Source: Takakia lepidozioides (lineage: Eukaryota; Plantae; Bryophyta). From it: a DNA stretch of 64,000 bases. A model generated the notes under the pieces. That model was not told the DNA's origin and searched no databases. It saw nothing but the letters and a program-made list of their open reading frames with translations. Positions 1 to 13,924 of the stretch are shown here, one piece after another. The position numbers and the translations under genes were made by a program. Every line of letters begins with the position of its first letter. The stretch's first letter is position 1. The stretch is from the NCBI GenBank assembly GCA_030704615.1, contig CM060734.1, positions 46,748,001 to 46,812,000 on the forward strand, in the 5' to 3' direction.

Positions 1-503
1 TAGTCTTTGCATTGCTACTGCTTCACCCCCAAACCATCACACCGTCACAAGTACCAACGCTGAAAACTGAAGCAAAAACGTCATGCATGAGACGATTGCG
101 GGAAGCTACAGTGCATGAATCTACATTGCGGTGTATGTCAATGACACTATGTATATCCTCGCTCACCTCAATCCATGATCACCATGACATCGTGCTCATC
201 CGAGAGGGCATGGAAGGCCAGTCAATATGTACCACAAGGAGTAATCGTGGAGCAACGGGTACTTCTTGCCAACAGATCGGAGCCTCTTATTGCAATTTGC
301 AAGACACCAAAAGTAGGCCACAGGCTCCTTCTTGTGTATGTTCCCATTTCTTGTGTTTTTTGTTAATTGTATGTTCCCATTTCACACAGGTGTGTAACAT
401 GCCATGTAAACTAAGCCAACCCCTGCCACGCTCATGGCTGTTTTCACACCGTTCTTGCCTGGGGTGTGGACCACATGTGAGACACCCCACAGTTAGGGCA
501 TAT

Positions 504-2243
504 TTAGACCCACAGGCCTGTACCCTGGAGAGATTGGCTGTGGTTGACCCAGACTTGAGCTGCACTGCCTTCAAGAGAAGAGCCCGATGAACCTTGCAAA
601 CCAGAAAGACTAGGATACATGCTAACATTACAAGCAAAGGAATCTTGATCCACCAAGAGATTATCTTCCTGGTCACAGGCTGTAGTTCCATCCGCCACTG
701 GACCCGTCGCAGGACCCAAGTAGATCTCACCAGAGAGTGTCTCATCACGTAGCAAGGAAAAATCGCCATCATCACAGCCCGAATCCAACACCACCGGATT
801 ATGGATTGCCTCTTCATGTACATCGTGTTCTAGACCCGCCACACTTACATCCGAGCCTTTACTAGATTCAAGCACATCCCTTTTGAAAGTGGGATCGGGC
901 ATTAGTTTGTCACCCATCCTTCCTCTACCAGATCGTAACCAGGGCATACATCCTCCCTCTATCTTGAAATAAGACTTATGAATTTAGATCAAGAGAAGAG
1001 ATGAGAGAATCACTACCTGGTACCACAAACGCGATGTAGTTGGCAAGGTAGGTTCAAGAAGCATGGATGAGCAACTGTGGTCGTGGCTCCGCATGATCAG
1101 GAAACCAGACAGAACAGGAAACCACCTTCAAGACGTCGTGTAGTTGCTGCCCGTAGATTCCCAGTGCTAGTCACTCCCACGCCTCGGCAGTCTTGACCCA
1201 AAAGCTCACCCTCGTTGTCTCCCCTTCTAGCCAACTCCGTGATAGAATCGTAGTGACAGGGTAGTCGTCCAAATTGACAGAGGCTTGCAGGCGAACAACA
1301 CACTGGTGGTTGAACACTGTACCCAAGATAATAATGTCTGACGATTCAGCGACTAGGGCGTCACCCTGCAGCCCGTAAAAAATGTGAGAATATGTCGGCA
1401 CCACGTTACAGAGTCTAAGATGAAAGCGCAATGTTCTCAATACAAAAGCTCCAGTGCTTCTCAGCATCAACGGCAACCATTGGTCACCAACAACATCAGC
1501 AGGTTGATACAGAGCTGGTCCTTGAAGGGCAGAAAGAGGAAAATGAAGGCCAAGCTCAGGCCATGTCAATTGGCGATGACGGAGGAAACGAGCATTGATT
1601 TCAACAGTGGGCAGATGTGCAGAATTGCGCAAGCCTAATTCTTGCTAGGCCAGACGTTCTGCTTGTGTCTTTGCCGGCGTGCGTCCAGACAGGGAGTGAG
1701 CAAGCAGTGACTCGTGACGTTGCGTAAATTCTACCACATCTCGTTCAACAGCTTTCTCAATGCACGCATACAAGAATCGATCAGTATCACAGACCTCACA
1801 AAGCGAGTTGTCAAGTGCTTGGGACAACTTTATCTCCTTCTCAAGATCTGCCTCGGCCCTTCTAGCAGCAAAATATTCAGGTCCTGGGTCTACAAAATTG
1901 TCGAAGTTATAATAATCAGGATCGCAACTATCTAGCGAACTAGGCGACCGTGTAGGATTGCCTCCGCTCTTACAAGATCATCATCATCATCGCTAGCACT
2001 AGGTGAGTTTAAATGAACAACAAGACTCAAATCGACAACATTGTCTCATTGCACGATTGACACCGGCATGGCAAGAGTGCCAGGTGGCGCAAGGGACGGA
2101 GGGTTAGCAGCACTAGCAAGACTAACAAAAAGCGTAATGAGCAGATCAAGTTGAATGTGCAAGTGCTCTTCCTCTCGACTAACAACGCAGCTAGAGACCG
2201 AAACATGCGACGCCATAAGAGGAAGGGTAAGCAAGATTAGCAC
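504..2243 (-). pseudogene. Decayed coding region of unknown family, possibly transposon-borne
   Basis: ORFs 1645-1827 and 1171-1632 are in the same minus frame, separated by one stop, and the frame reads as protein-like on both sides. A plausible intron near 965-1016 links it to the acidic ORF 504-947. No recognisable domain. Confidence 0.3.
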
Positions 2244-2834
2244 ATAAGCAGAAGGAAAGTACGATAGCGAAAAAAAACACAGAGACGGGACGGGCTGAGG
2301 CCATTCTTATACAGCCCTGATGGGCACTAACACATCACATAAACAGGCCGCTGCAGGAGATTAGGGAAAGGACAATCAATCGCACCCAGCGGCTCTCCAC
2401 CATAAAACAAAATGGAGGAATAATCTCCCTTCCTCTCAGGTATTGAACAAAGTGACAAGGGGCGAGCAAGGAGGAGCTTGCATTCACGCAAGAGGAGGAT
2501 ACACAAGTATTGCAATCAGACACCTTTACACACATACCTACACCAGAGTACATGACCTGCCTGACCTTGTGTCAGGCCGCCACTTTATACAAACCCTAGC
2601 TGCATGCCCACATGCCGCGTGGCGAGGCGTGACAGATTGAGCCCGCGGTGCCTTTTCATAGCCCTAGATCTAGTGGATGGCCAGGATGTAGCCACAAGCA
2701 TTAACTAACCCTGACTATACTTTCATTGTGACGGTTTCAACGGTACATAAGCCGAAAAATTTATACTACGAATGAGTATCGCCGTTTTGGATGAATAAGG
2801 TAAATTGGTGATGAGGAGAGTTTTGGCCATCACA

Positions 2835-3005
2835 GTCACACACAATCTTGGAACCTTGGAAGTGGTTGTGGGTTTAACTTGGTATCACAAATTGGTGTCA
2901 CAAAGGCATCCACCTTCCCGCCGGAAGGCAGTAGGCCTTCGGGGTAAAGAGACGCCATAATTTACACCTCCTTCAGGTGATGTAATTTGTTTTTACTTTA
3001 TTTAT
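2835..3005 (+). mobile_element. Diverged copy of tRNA-derived SINE family A
   Basis: Aligns by eye to the full copy at 45155-45335 (GGAAGTGGTTGTGGGTT...CCTTCC-N4-GGAAGGCAGTAG..CCTTCGGGGT..GACGCCATAA), followed by a T-rich tail. Confidence 0.7.
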
Positions 3006-4243
3006 TTATACATGCACCAGGGGTTTTTTAATTTTCATAGGCTTTGCAACAAGTGTTCTTCCATCTCATTTTGGATAGAAAACTTGCCTTTTCCATCCAA
3101 TTTTGTTGTTCCAATGTCATTACAATTCATCCACATTTGCCACCACCCTTTCATTAACCAGTCATTTTCATTCGAAACATTCTTTTCCATCCATGTGAAA
3201 CATATTCTTTACCGACAACAGTAAACACAATACCTCCATTCCCAATAGTACTCTATCACTCTTACCACCAAGACAACATCTTATTCCTCTTCATTCTAAA
3301 GAGGAGACTACGCATCGGTGTCAAAAATCGCTAAGCCCCTCTTGTGCCTTCCCAAGACGTCACCTCCTCTCTTTTGTTGAAAACTACTTCATGAAGTGCC
3401 TCCAGATAACACCTCCCTCAGATAACATCTCTCTTATTGAACAGAATAAATGGATGAATTCTTAAGTTTATTATGGATGAAAGTAGATTTCGCTATTCAC
3501 AAAGAGAAGCCATACAGGACTAGCCACTTGTTATAAGCAAATGTCCTGAACCTTTGAAGTAGGTAAAGACATATAGACTAAAATGCACCTCAAAGTAGTG
3601 GCTTGGAGATAAGATCCGAGGTGAAGAAGAAAAATCGGTATCCCACTCACCTTCATTGTCATTGTATGCCATCTTCTAAGAAGTGCAAGTTGTGGAACTA
3701 CGTACACCACAACCTATAAGTAACCAAGATGGCCTTCCACCCCAGGAAAAGGATGCGGTGCACGAGTGATGTCCATGGAAAGTAGGCAGACAGTAGCACG
3801 GTTCCATTCAATTAGAATACTGCTCTGTTTTGCACAGTCATTGATTTTGTTAAGTAAGTCGGAAGCTGAGATCCTTCGACATGACAGTGCGTTGTAGACA
3901 TGGGAAAAGTATAGTGATCCGCGTGTTCCTAGTCTCAAAGCATCATCACGGTGTGATCACGTTGACAGTGCAAAATCGTAGTATATTACTCAGCATGTAG
4001 ATGGGTTTATGCTTATGCCAATCTGACGACGTCAGTGGGGACCCACTGATACAGGGGCATGTCAATTGGGATTGCTTTGATGGGAATGTCTCCCGTACCC
4101 TTCGCTTTAGTTTGGAATGTATTTGTGGTCCTAACGACAAGCTGAAAGAACAGGAAGCACTGTTGCCATAGCTGGACTGCCACTGTATGGACTCGGAGCT
4201 CTTTTGTAGTTGTGGATCAATTTGAGAGGGCGCACTAGGAACG

Positions 4244-7200
4244 ATGGCCATAGCTTCTCAGACCCTCTTGTCGCGACCCTGTATAACAGCAATACCCACA
4301 TGCTCGACCTCCTGTTCCTCGTCACCCGAATGGCGCTCCCCTCGTTGCCCGTTGTATTCGAAGAAAGGAGGCCGAATGTTCTCTGGCTTCATCGGGAAAA
4401 ATAATTTGCTGGAAAGTGGGTATACCTGTAGGCATTTGGTCAGAAACGCCGAGGGATGGCGGGTGTGGAGGGCCGACGTCTCTACGGGGAATCAGACCAC
4501 TTTGTCTGCCAAGGAATTGGAGCGCGACGCTGCTAAAGAAGCCCTCCTTCTTGCGGTCTGTATCTCTCTCTTGCTCTTCTAGGAGCCACTGCTGTCTTCC
4601 TTTCCAAACATACACTCGCAATATATACATTTATGCAAGAAGCTACAAGCTTGCAACTGTGTGCGTATTAGGTTTTCGACAATCTTCACTGATTAGGAGC
4701 GTATGTTAGAGTCATGATGCAAGTCTTCAAGATTTTGCTTACCCAATTTAACACTAAAATTGTTTTCCTTCTAGGACTGTTGCACTTGAGCTGAGAAGCC
4801 AGAAACTGTGATGGATGACAGCAACTCATTTGCTCTTATATCCAGTTGACTTTCTCTGGATTTTACCAAGGCCCATCTTCTCTTTGGACGGTATATGCTG
4901 GATAGTCCACCGTGGCCGTCACATTGATTTTGGGCTATGCTTGGCATTTGGTTGTCTTTGCAGATTGCAGATGCTGGGGGTGTAGAAGCATTGACATCAG
5001 GGAAGGTGGACAATGTAGGTCGGATCACCGTGAGTGAGAAATTGCTTAATCTCGAGCGGTTGAACCCTACCCCTCGCCCAACCACGTGAGGTCTCTCTCC
5101 CTTCTGGCCTGCAACTTGAACTGAGTGCCTAAACCAGTGGAGGACAATAAGGCTGAGGTTATTCAGGCAACCTAGGAAATGCAGCTCAGATTGTAGATGA
5201 GCTGAAGCCTTGCACAAATCTACTCCCACTTCTTTTCATGAAGACAAGGACTAAATCTACACCTAAGGATCTGACCATACTGGGCACTAGGAATATTGAA
5301 AGAAGAGTAGGGTTGCTACCTTTATACATTAAATTAGCCGGGCTTGGAAAAAGGGAACCCATATGTCTGATCTGTGGGCATTCTGACGGCTACTTTTCTG
5401 ATTGAGTGGCCCTCTTTGAGAGCACAACAAACACTCCCTGCACCTCTTTGAGCTCAGTTGGAGAAACAACACAAAATGTTGGTCCTCCTTGAATCCGCAT
5501 CAAAGTGAGGATATTGTTACGTCTTTCTTGAGTATTTCTAGGATGCCAAAACTCATTTGCAAAGGTAGGCCCTGCTACTAGATCTTCTGCGACGATGTCT
5601 GTGCCCCTCTTTACTCCTCTTCAACTCTTCTCCATCTTTGCTCCATCCCATCATGATTACCTTGGTATGGAAAGCTTTATAAGTGAGGGAGATTGGGTAA
5701 GGAGTTCCAATTTTTAGGTTTGAACTTTTGTACTTCTGGTTGGATCAGGTCACCACTACTGGAAGGTCTTTGGCAGATCAAATGGGCAGGATCCCGGACC
5801 CCTGGTGTTACTGCTGCAAAAGTGTTGCTCGGGTATGGTTTATCCCTCCCCTGCCTCAAGGTGAATCTGGCTGGTCATCATTCTAGTTGACAAAGACTCA
5901 ATCGAGGGGAGGATGTAGGAGCTGTCTTTTAGCTCAAAGCCATTTTCCTAGGCCTGCAGCAATGTAATAGATAGTGCAATCTGTAATGCATGCGATTGCT
6001 ACACTGATGGTTTGTGGTCATCTCCACATAACTTTTAGGAGGCTTCCTTCAGAGTTGGCATCCATCAACTCTTTGAATATCCTAATTCTGGATGGGACTG
6101 CAAAGGCCACAGCAAGTCTCAAAGTGCTCAACACGGTAAGGCTTCTCTTTGGAATGCCTTAAGAGAACTAACCATGGCCACATTTCAGTTTTCCCTACCT
6201 TTCTTTGGGGATGATTGCAGAGCATATTTCATCACGACTATTTTTAGCTCGACTCTCCTTGGCTATGATTCTTGTAAAGTGTCCGAGATCCTCATGTGCG
6301 AAACATGTTTATGCATTGGGCAAAGTCTTCCTTCAAGGCATTATTATTTTTTTGATTAGCTCTACCAAAGCATCCTTCTGTCCATCTCTAGGCAATCCTG
6401 CATGCAGTACTATTTCTGTGTTTCTGTATACTGTTTCTTCACTCTACTGTGACCTAGCACAAGAAAGGGTTGACGATAGTAAGTTTGTTAGGCAGTGTCT
6501 CTCTGGTGAGACTTGCACATAGTGGAATATGGATGCATCCGTTCAAGTGTGTTTAAAGAATACATTACCTGTTGAGTTTGTCATTCTCTTACAAAAGAAT
6601 TGGACAATGCTCAACTCTTGTGGGTTGGACAGATTGAAAGTACCCTCACATTGTTGACAAAGCTGACAGCAGAAGGGCCAGCCAGACTGAAAGAGGAGTA
6701 TGTAGAGGGGGTCCTGGATTCTCCCAGTGTGCCAGACGGCAACGTGCCATCTCAGCTGAAGGGTGCCTATAATCAACTGGTTTCCTATGTTGAGCGCCTG
6801 CCCACTGTGGTGAAGGATGTACTCACTGGTGGTGTGAAAGTCCCTCTTGGTATGTCACATTGTCGTCTTTTTTTGCCTGTCTAATCTGAGGCTGACCGTC
6901 TAACCCTTTGAATAGATTTTATTATAAAATTTGGCCTGGGATCTTGCCCACAAAAATTTCAAAAATACGAAAACCCATATAAGACGTCCAGATGTTCAAC
7001 ATGCACACACACACACACACACAGTCTCTCTCTCCCCCCAGGCATTTCATTTCTGTATAAACGCAGGGCTATAAAGGTAAAATCAATAACCCTGCAACCG
7101 GGCTTGCGAGTTTGCATGCGGACAAGCACTATTTTGAGCACCTTAATGACGGTTGTGGGAAAACAAGTTCAATTTGTACCTGTAGCTGAGATGCAGGGAT

Positions 7201-7317
7201 AAGCTAAACCATGGTGGGTATAAACCCCCACAAAATGCTCCAGGAGGGTTATTTTCCCACTGGATCAATGGCCATAAGGCTATGGTAAGCGAGTGGTTGC
7301 AGAGAACGGGCATGAGT

Positions 7318-7358
<41 letters not shown>

Positions 7359-10300
7359 AGGTGCAGTGGTGACTTCATCGGTTGACATTGTCAAAACCTT
7401 TGAAACTCACTACAGTATCCTTGGCAGAACTTCTAGGTCTAACAGTGAGGGATCTTCTGCTGAATGGAGGGACACAGTTGGAAAAACTGTTCCTACGATT
7501 CAAAACAGCCCTGATGAACTGGAGTATATTTCAATGGCTTATAATGCTCCCATTAGTTCTTCTGAAATTGTGGAAGCAATTGAAACATTTAAATGGATAT
7601 AAAGCTGGTGGACCTGATGGTATTGTCAACGAGCTTATCAAGCACGGTGGCGATCCCATGATAGAGGCCCTAGTTCGCCTCTTTAACCTTATCTGGAAGA
7701 CTGAAATGATCCCCTTTCGCTGGTGACAGGGGGTCATTGTCAATCTATACAAAAAGGGTGACAGAGAAGAACCGGGGAACTACCGTGGCATCACGCTCCT
7801 CAATGCTGTTGGCAAGACATTCTGCAGAGTTATAAGTACTCGTCTTGAGGTTGATCTGGAGTCTAGAGGTTGTTTCCACGAAGGCCAAGCTGGCTTTCGG
7901 CGAAACAGGGACTGTGTGGATCATATCTTCACTCTAAGCCAGATTATCCAGGGAAGGAAAAAAGAAGGGAAACCCACTTATGTGTTTTTCCTGGATGTCA
8001 AAAAGGCTTATGACACAGTGTGGAGAGATGGCCTTTGGTTCTGCCTCTGGTCTTGTGGGATCAAGGGAAAGATGTGGAGAGTTGTCCACAACTTGTATGC
8101 TCACACCAAAAGCTGTGTCACTGTTAACGGACAGAAGTCCAACTTCTTTGACATAGACCAAGGTGTAGCTCAAGGATGTACTCTCTCCCCTCTGCTCTTC
8201 AATGTTTTCATCAATCAACTCCTCGAGGATGTGGAAAGTGAGGGATTTGCGTTAAGGGTGGGTGATACCACCATACCAGCCCTTATGTTTGCGGATGACT
8301 TTGCAGGCATAGGGGAGACTCCAACCAATCTCCAGGAGTTGATTGATTGCGCGAAGAGATACTTTGATCTTTGGGGGCTAGAGGCTAATGTCAGCAAATG
8401 TGCAATGGTAGCATTCAACGACAGAGGAGAGGGAGGAAGTGATCTTAAGTGGCAGTGGGGTAGCCAAGAGATCCCGGTCCTCCCTTCCTACACTTACCTG
8501 GGCGTTGAGTTCTCCTCCAATTGTAATTGGGATGCACATATCCGGAAAGTTGTTCAAACTGGCAAGGGCAAAGCTCTGGGGCTCACTAAATTTTTCCACT
8601 GCAGAGGGGTCAACTCTGAGGTTAAGAAAACCATGCTTTGTTGCGTTATTAGACCTGCCTTGGAGTACGGATCTGCAATATGGGCTGATAACTCCAACCA
8701 GGCTAAGTCTCTAGAATCCATTCAAGTGGTGCTTAAGGAGTGTATGTAGCATGCTCCAAAACAGCCAATGTGGCTGTTTGGGGTGAGTTGGCATTCCGTC
8801 CTTAAGCTCCCGACGAGAATTCAAGGTCAGATGGTGGGGTCAGCTGCAACATATGTCCAACACCAGATATCCTAAGGTAATCGACTCTATATCTTGGAAA
8901 CAGGACTGCCCTGTCAAACAGGCTAAGTCCTGGCAGAAGAGAGTAGAAGAGATTCTCAAGGACCTGGACCTGGATCCGCAAGTCTTGACCCTGCTGGATA
9001 AATCTGACTTAGAGGCTGTAGTGTCCAAAGCCATGTCTGTTGCAATGAGATTGTCTGATGAAAATGAAGTTAGGCAGAAAACTTCCCTGAACTTGTTTCC
9101 AGTCAGTGACATGGGGGAGGACATCTTGGATGACCTCAAGGGTCTACCCACTCTCGGCACTAGACTGAAATTTAAACTCAGGGCAGGAAGCCTACCTTTG
9201 AACAGCAAACAGAAGCAGAGAGGAAAGGGAGAGTGCAATTGCCCGTTGTGTGGGCAACCTGAAGACAGTATTAATTTTCTGATACACTGTCCGGGGTTCT
9301 CTCACCAAAGAGATGCTCTCTTCAAATCTATCAAGGGAATTGTGCCTGTACCTCTGTTTACCAACTTTGAAAGTCTCGAGGCTGAGCCAAAAGCCAGGCC
9401 CTCCCGAGGCCTAGTTTTTGGGCAAATCACACACAGCAGATTGATGCTTGCATGAAGGGATTTCTAGAGGATATCTGGAAAACCCGGATTAATTCTATAT
9501 ATGAAGGTAAGTCTTACTACCAACGTCAGCCCCTGACAGAGGTAGGTTCTTTCCCTTTTGTTTCCGCTCAAATTGGGCGCGGGGTCAATGGCCACAAGGC
9601 TACGGCAAACAACGTCTTATGAGTACAATCTCTTTCTCCTCATGCGATAAGAGAACCCACGTGCACAATCCGTGAATAGGATGGGTGGGGTAGTGTACAC
9701 TGTACACATTAGAGGTGATTCTGCCTAGCACGAAACCCTCTTTCCAATCATCAAGTCAGATGCTACTCACTGCTCCTCTCTCCAATAAACTCAGTAGTGC
9801 TTAGACAGTGCCAAAGGCCTGTGACCCTCCTCAGGGGGACAGTTGTTCTGTGTCTGTGAGGTTCTGTGAACAGCCATTTCTTTCTTCTTTCTGAGTGGAT
9901 GTTAGATGGCTTCCAAATTCTTCTTGCTGAAAGCTTCTTTTTGGCCTTGGATGTGGTCTCCTTCATTTGGTTACCTTTCAGATCCAAGTCTGGAGTTTAC
10001 TCTGCAATTGCATGGAATGTAATGACTTTTTTCTCTAAATCTATGTCATTGTTTAGGGCCAAAAACTGGAAGGCCTGCACGGGGCCAGCTTCCACGAGGC
10101 TTTGTTGTAGCCTTGTAAAACATTCTCACTCGTTCATTGTCCAATAGTGGCACAGGAATCTAGTGGCCACAAGGCTTATAGCAAGCAAGATTTAGTGAGC
10201 ATATCTCTGTTTGTCTCTCTTTCTCTCTGCTGATAACTCCAACCAGGCTAAGTCTCTAGAATCCATTCAAGTGGGGGTGCTTAAGGAGTGTATGTCAGCG

Positions 10301-11888
10301 TGCTCCAAAACAGCCAATGTGGCTGTTCGGGGTGAGTTTGGCATTCAGTCCTTAAGCTCCCGACGAGATGAATTCAAGGTCAGATGGTGGGGTCAGCTGC
10401 AACATATGCCCAACACCAGATATCCTAAGTTAATCGACTCTATATCTTGGAAATAGGACCGCCCTGTCAAACAGGCTAAGTCCTGGCAGAAGAGAGTAGA
10501 AGAGATCCTCAAGGACCTGGACCTGGATCCGCAAGTCTTGACCCTGCTGGATAAATCTGACTTAGAGGCTGTAGTGTCCTCAGCCATGTCTGTTGCCATG
10601 AGATTGTCTGATGAAAATGGAGTTAGGCAGAAAACTTCCCTGAACTTGTTTCCAGTCTGTGACATGGGGGAGGACATCTTGGATGACCTCAAGGGTCTAC
10701 CCACTCTCGGCACTAGACTGAAATTTAAACTCAGGGCAGGAAGCCTACCTTTGAACTGCAAACAGAAGCAGAGAGGAAAGGGAGAGTGCAATTGCCCGTT
10801 GTGTGGGCAATCTGAAGACAGTATTAATTTTCTGATACACTGTCCGGGGTTCTCTCACCAAAGAGATGCTCTCTTCAAATCTATTAAGGGAATTGTGCCT
10901 GTACCCCTGTTTACCAACTTTGAAAGTCTCGAGGCTGAGCCAAAAGCCCAGGCCCTCCTGAGGCCTAGTTTTTGGGCAAATCACACACAGCAGATTGATG
11001 CTTGTGTGAAGGGATTTCTAGAGGATATCTGGAAAACCCGGATTAATTCTTTATATGGAGGTAAGTCTTACTACCAACGTCAGCCCCTGACAGAGGTAGG
11101 TTCTGTCCCTTTTGTTCCCGCTCAAACTGGGCGCGGGGTCAATGGCCACAAGGCTACGGCAAACAACGTCTTATGAGTACAATCTCTCTCTCTCTCGTGC
11201 TACATATATGTGTATGTGTATATATATATATATATCATCACACACACAATCAATGGTCCGCCCAAACTGGGCGTGGTGTCTATAGCCAAGGCTATGGCTA
11301 ACATCTTGAGTACATTTCTATATCACACATGCTCTCCCAATGATCTGGAAACCATTATTCAGTGAGTACCCCTTTCTTCCCACATTATATTTGTTCATAG
11401 TGAAAAGGTTTCCGTGGTTGAACACAGGTGGCACACATGAGAGGCAGCTTGTTATTTCGTACTTGGATGAGGAAATTCTGGTGTGTACCTCTCTTTTTCA
11501 CCTCAGTTCCAACTTTCTGCGGCTTATTTGTCTAACTGGCTTTGGGGTTAAGCTCAGAGATCCTGAATTGTATGGTTGTGGGCAATGAGCATGTATCTAA
11601 ATGCAGCAGTCTTTTGGGAACTAAGTCTCTAGGTCGGACAATGATAAACAGCTCCAAAGGAAAATAAGAAATTTGTGTCCTGAAAACACTCCATTCATAC
11701 AACCATGCCTTTTGTTTGGTGCAATTATGAGTAACTACCATACATTTATTTTACTGCAGTGTGCTAATGTTGGGTTGGCTGGGCAGATTGCAAGGGATGC
11801 ATCAGGGGTGCCTGATGTGCTGTATCGCATTGAGACCACACCAACAAGTGAAGCGGTGGTGACTATAGTGCCAGAGTATTTGAGCTAG
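4244..11888 (+). CDS. FBN7: Plastoglobule fibrillin, FBN7/PGL34 (PAP_fibrillin) family; exons 4244-4555, 4964-5085, 5749-5832, 6039-6135, 6633-6849, 11428-11480, 11787-11888
   Basis: GT-AG exons with consistent phases give a Ser/Arg-rich transit peptide followed by DAGGVEAL...LERLNPTPRPTTSPLLEGLW...EGPARLKEEYVEG...ISYLDEEILIARDASGVPDVL, which matches the FBN7/PGL34 motif order. Confidence 0.9.
7322..7355. repeat. (TC)n microsatellite, 5' flank of a LINE insertion
   Basis: Perfect TC run immediately before the LINE ORF2 fragment. Confidence 0.95.
7356..9636 (+). mobile_element. 5'-truncated non-LTR retrotransposon (RTE/RTEX-like) ORF2, degenerate, in fibrillin intron 5
   Basis: RT motifs KAGGPDG, PGNYRGITLL, QAGFR, FLDVKKAYD, QGCTLSPLLF, FADD and YLGV; C-terminal Zn-knuckle-like CPLCG...LIHC; several frameshifts and stops; ends in GAGTACAA followed by a TC tail. 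Confidence 0.92.
10229..11196 (+). mobile_element. Second, shorter 5'-truncated copy of the same LINE
   Basis: Near-identical to about 8684-9636. It starts right after a TC-rich tract, its ORF2 C-terminus (10538-11176) is open to the stop, and a (TC)n tail follows. Confidence 0.92.
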
Positions 11889-13924
11889 TTTGGCTTGTCA
11901 GGGTCAACCTTTTCATTTCCAACATTACCTTCGATGGTCACAGTCAATGTTCATATAAACAAATAAGATGTGATTCTTCTCCATTCACCATATTTGTCGT
12001 GTCTCCCACTTTCAGCGAAGCTCCACTTGTGTGAATGACACTGTCTAGCATATACATATGTCTCAACCTTTGGTGCAGTATCTTTGGGCTGCTTTCTCTA
12101 GGAGAAAGTTAAGTTCTACAGTTTAAGAGTCTCTGAAGATCATACACTCAAAGTGTAATTTTGTCTCCCACCCGATTAGCTACAAAGTGGGAGCAAAGTG
12201 GGAGCTGTAGCACCGCATTTTTTTCATCAATGAACTTTGAATCCTTATAGAGCCCACTCCACAGGGGGCCTTAAACTGTGGGCTACAGCTTCCCTCATAC
12301 TGCAGGCTTACAAGAAATTTGTACTAGGGAAAATATGGAAATGTCAACAGATGTTTTGTATGTTTTTCAAATGTGTCACAGTTCTGAAAATCTTTGCCTT
12401 AAGAAATGGCGAAAATAGAATTTTTTACTCAGAGATTTGAGTATCTGCAGATGCCTTCGAGGGCATCCAGGAAGTAATCGTTCTAGTGGAAAGCAATCTT
12501 CCAATGGCTGCAGTCTTTTGAAAGACGTTTCTGCAAATAAGTTTGAGAAGGTGAAGATGTGACTAGCACCATCACCACCACTACCAGGAGCTGCAGATAC
12601 TAAACATCTGCACAATTTTCTTCTGGAATGTCCTTTGTGCTTTGCCGTATGGAGATTATGGTCATGCTTCGCAAAACAGAGCATTACAGAACTGAAGAAG
12701 TTTCATTCCTCAAGCTCTATACTTACAAACTGGAAGTAATTCGGCAAAGGTACCGACACGATCCTAGCACAGCTTCTTACATTCCATTTGTCAGCAGACC
12801 ACCTGCCCAAAACATCAAAATACAATTCAATCACTGGAAAACATTCACTCCTGTTCCTTGCTGAAGTTGCAATCTACAAACGTGGTGAGACCTCCGAAGC
12901 AAGAGTGCATTTTCTGGTCCAGAATAGGGCATGACAACAAAGTAGGTTTAGAATAGATTACCAACACGCTCAATGATATAGTATTCGTCTGGTAACTTGC
13001 CACTTGAAAAGAGCAAGCAGATTCAGAATATTCTAGCATTATATGATTCACAGACTGCTGCACACTAACAGAGACCGCTGCAAGTAGAGACGAATTCAGG
13101 AAAGAGAAATCTTATAACGCAGGGCCACGAGGGCATGGGGCAGGTGCATAAACAATAATATGATCACAGTGTTGTTACAAACATTAGATATGAAGATCTG
13201 TCGTTGTGCAAACAGGGTTTTGGTCAAGAGAAACACAGTCTCTCGAGTACAATGTTACGGTTTAATTCGGAAAAATAGGAGATTGGACTGGCGTGCATGG
13301 GGGCGATTTTTCTGAAGTCCTGTGACTTACCAAGTGCCTGGTTCAAAAGCAGACTAACTGACACATCAAGTCTGTGCACACACAAAATGACACATGGTGT
13401 TCAAAAACATTCAGTTCTCAAAACTGCCATTTCCTTCAATAAGTGGATCATGACTGGCTCTTCAAATCCTTGAGAGAAGCCAGCAGTTTACCTCAAGAGC
13501 CCTAGTTGCACAGCCCTTCTAGTCTCCAATACCGTGAGTGGAAGGCCCACCCATTTCCAAATCGACCAAAATCCTCTCTCCAAAATGAAACAAAATTTCC
13601 TCGATGAGGTTTCTGGAAAAACCCCACCCCTCAAAAAGATCTACTCACGCCATACCCAACTGACCTGAGATAACTTTCAATGTTGCTGCAGATTGCCATC
13701 CCAGGACACCTACAAGCAGCTTCGTGGATTTCCCTCGTCATTGAAGACCTACTCACCCTTTGGCAATAGGTCCATCTCTCTGAAGACTAACAGGATAAGA
13801 ATTTGTAACCTCTGGAAGTAGGATGTACATCAACTGTAGATTCTATCTCACTATATATTACACTATGTCCACTGCATACACCGAAAAACTAATGCCTCCA
13901 AGGGAAGTGCAGGATTTCCTGGCT

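Noticed and set aside
3270-3720. Minus-strand exon-like pieces upstream of the fibrillin gene
   Set aside because: Splice-like sites exist, but the joined frames hit stops at once and show no homology.
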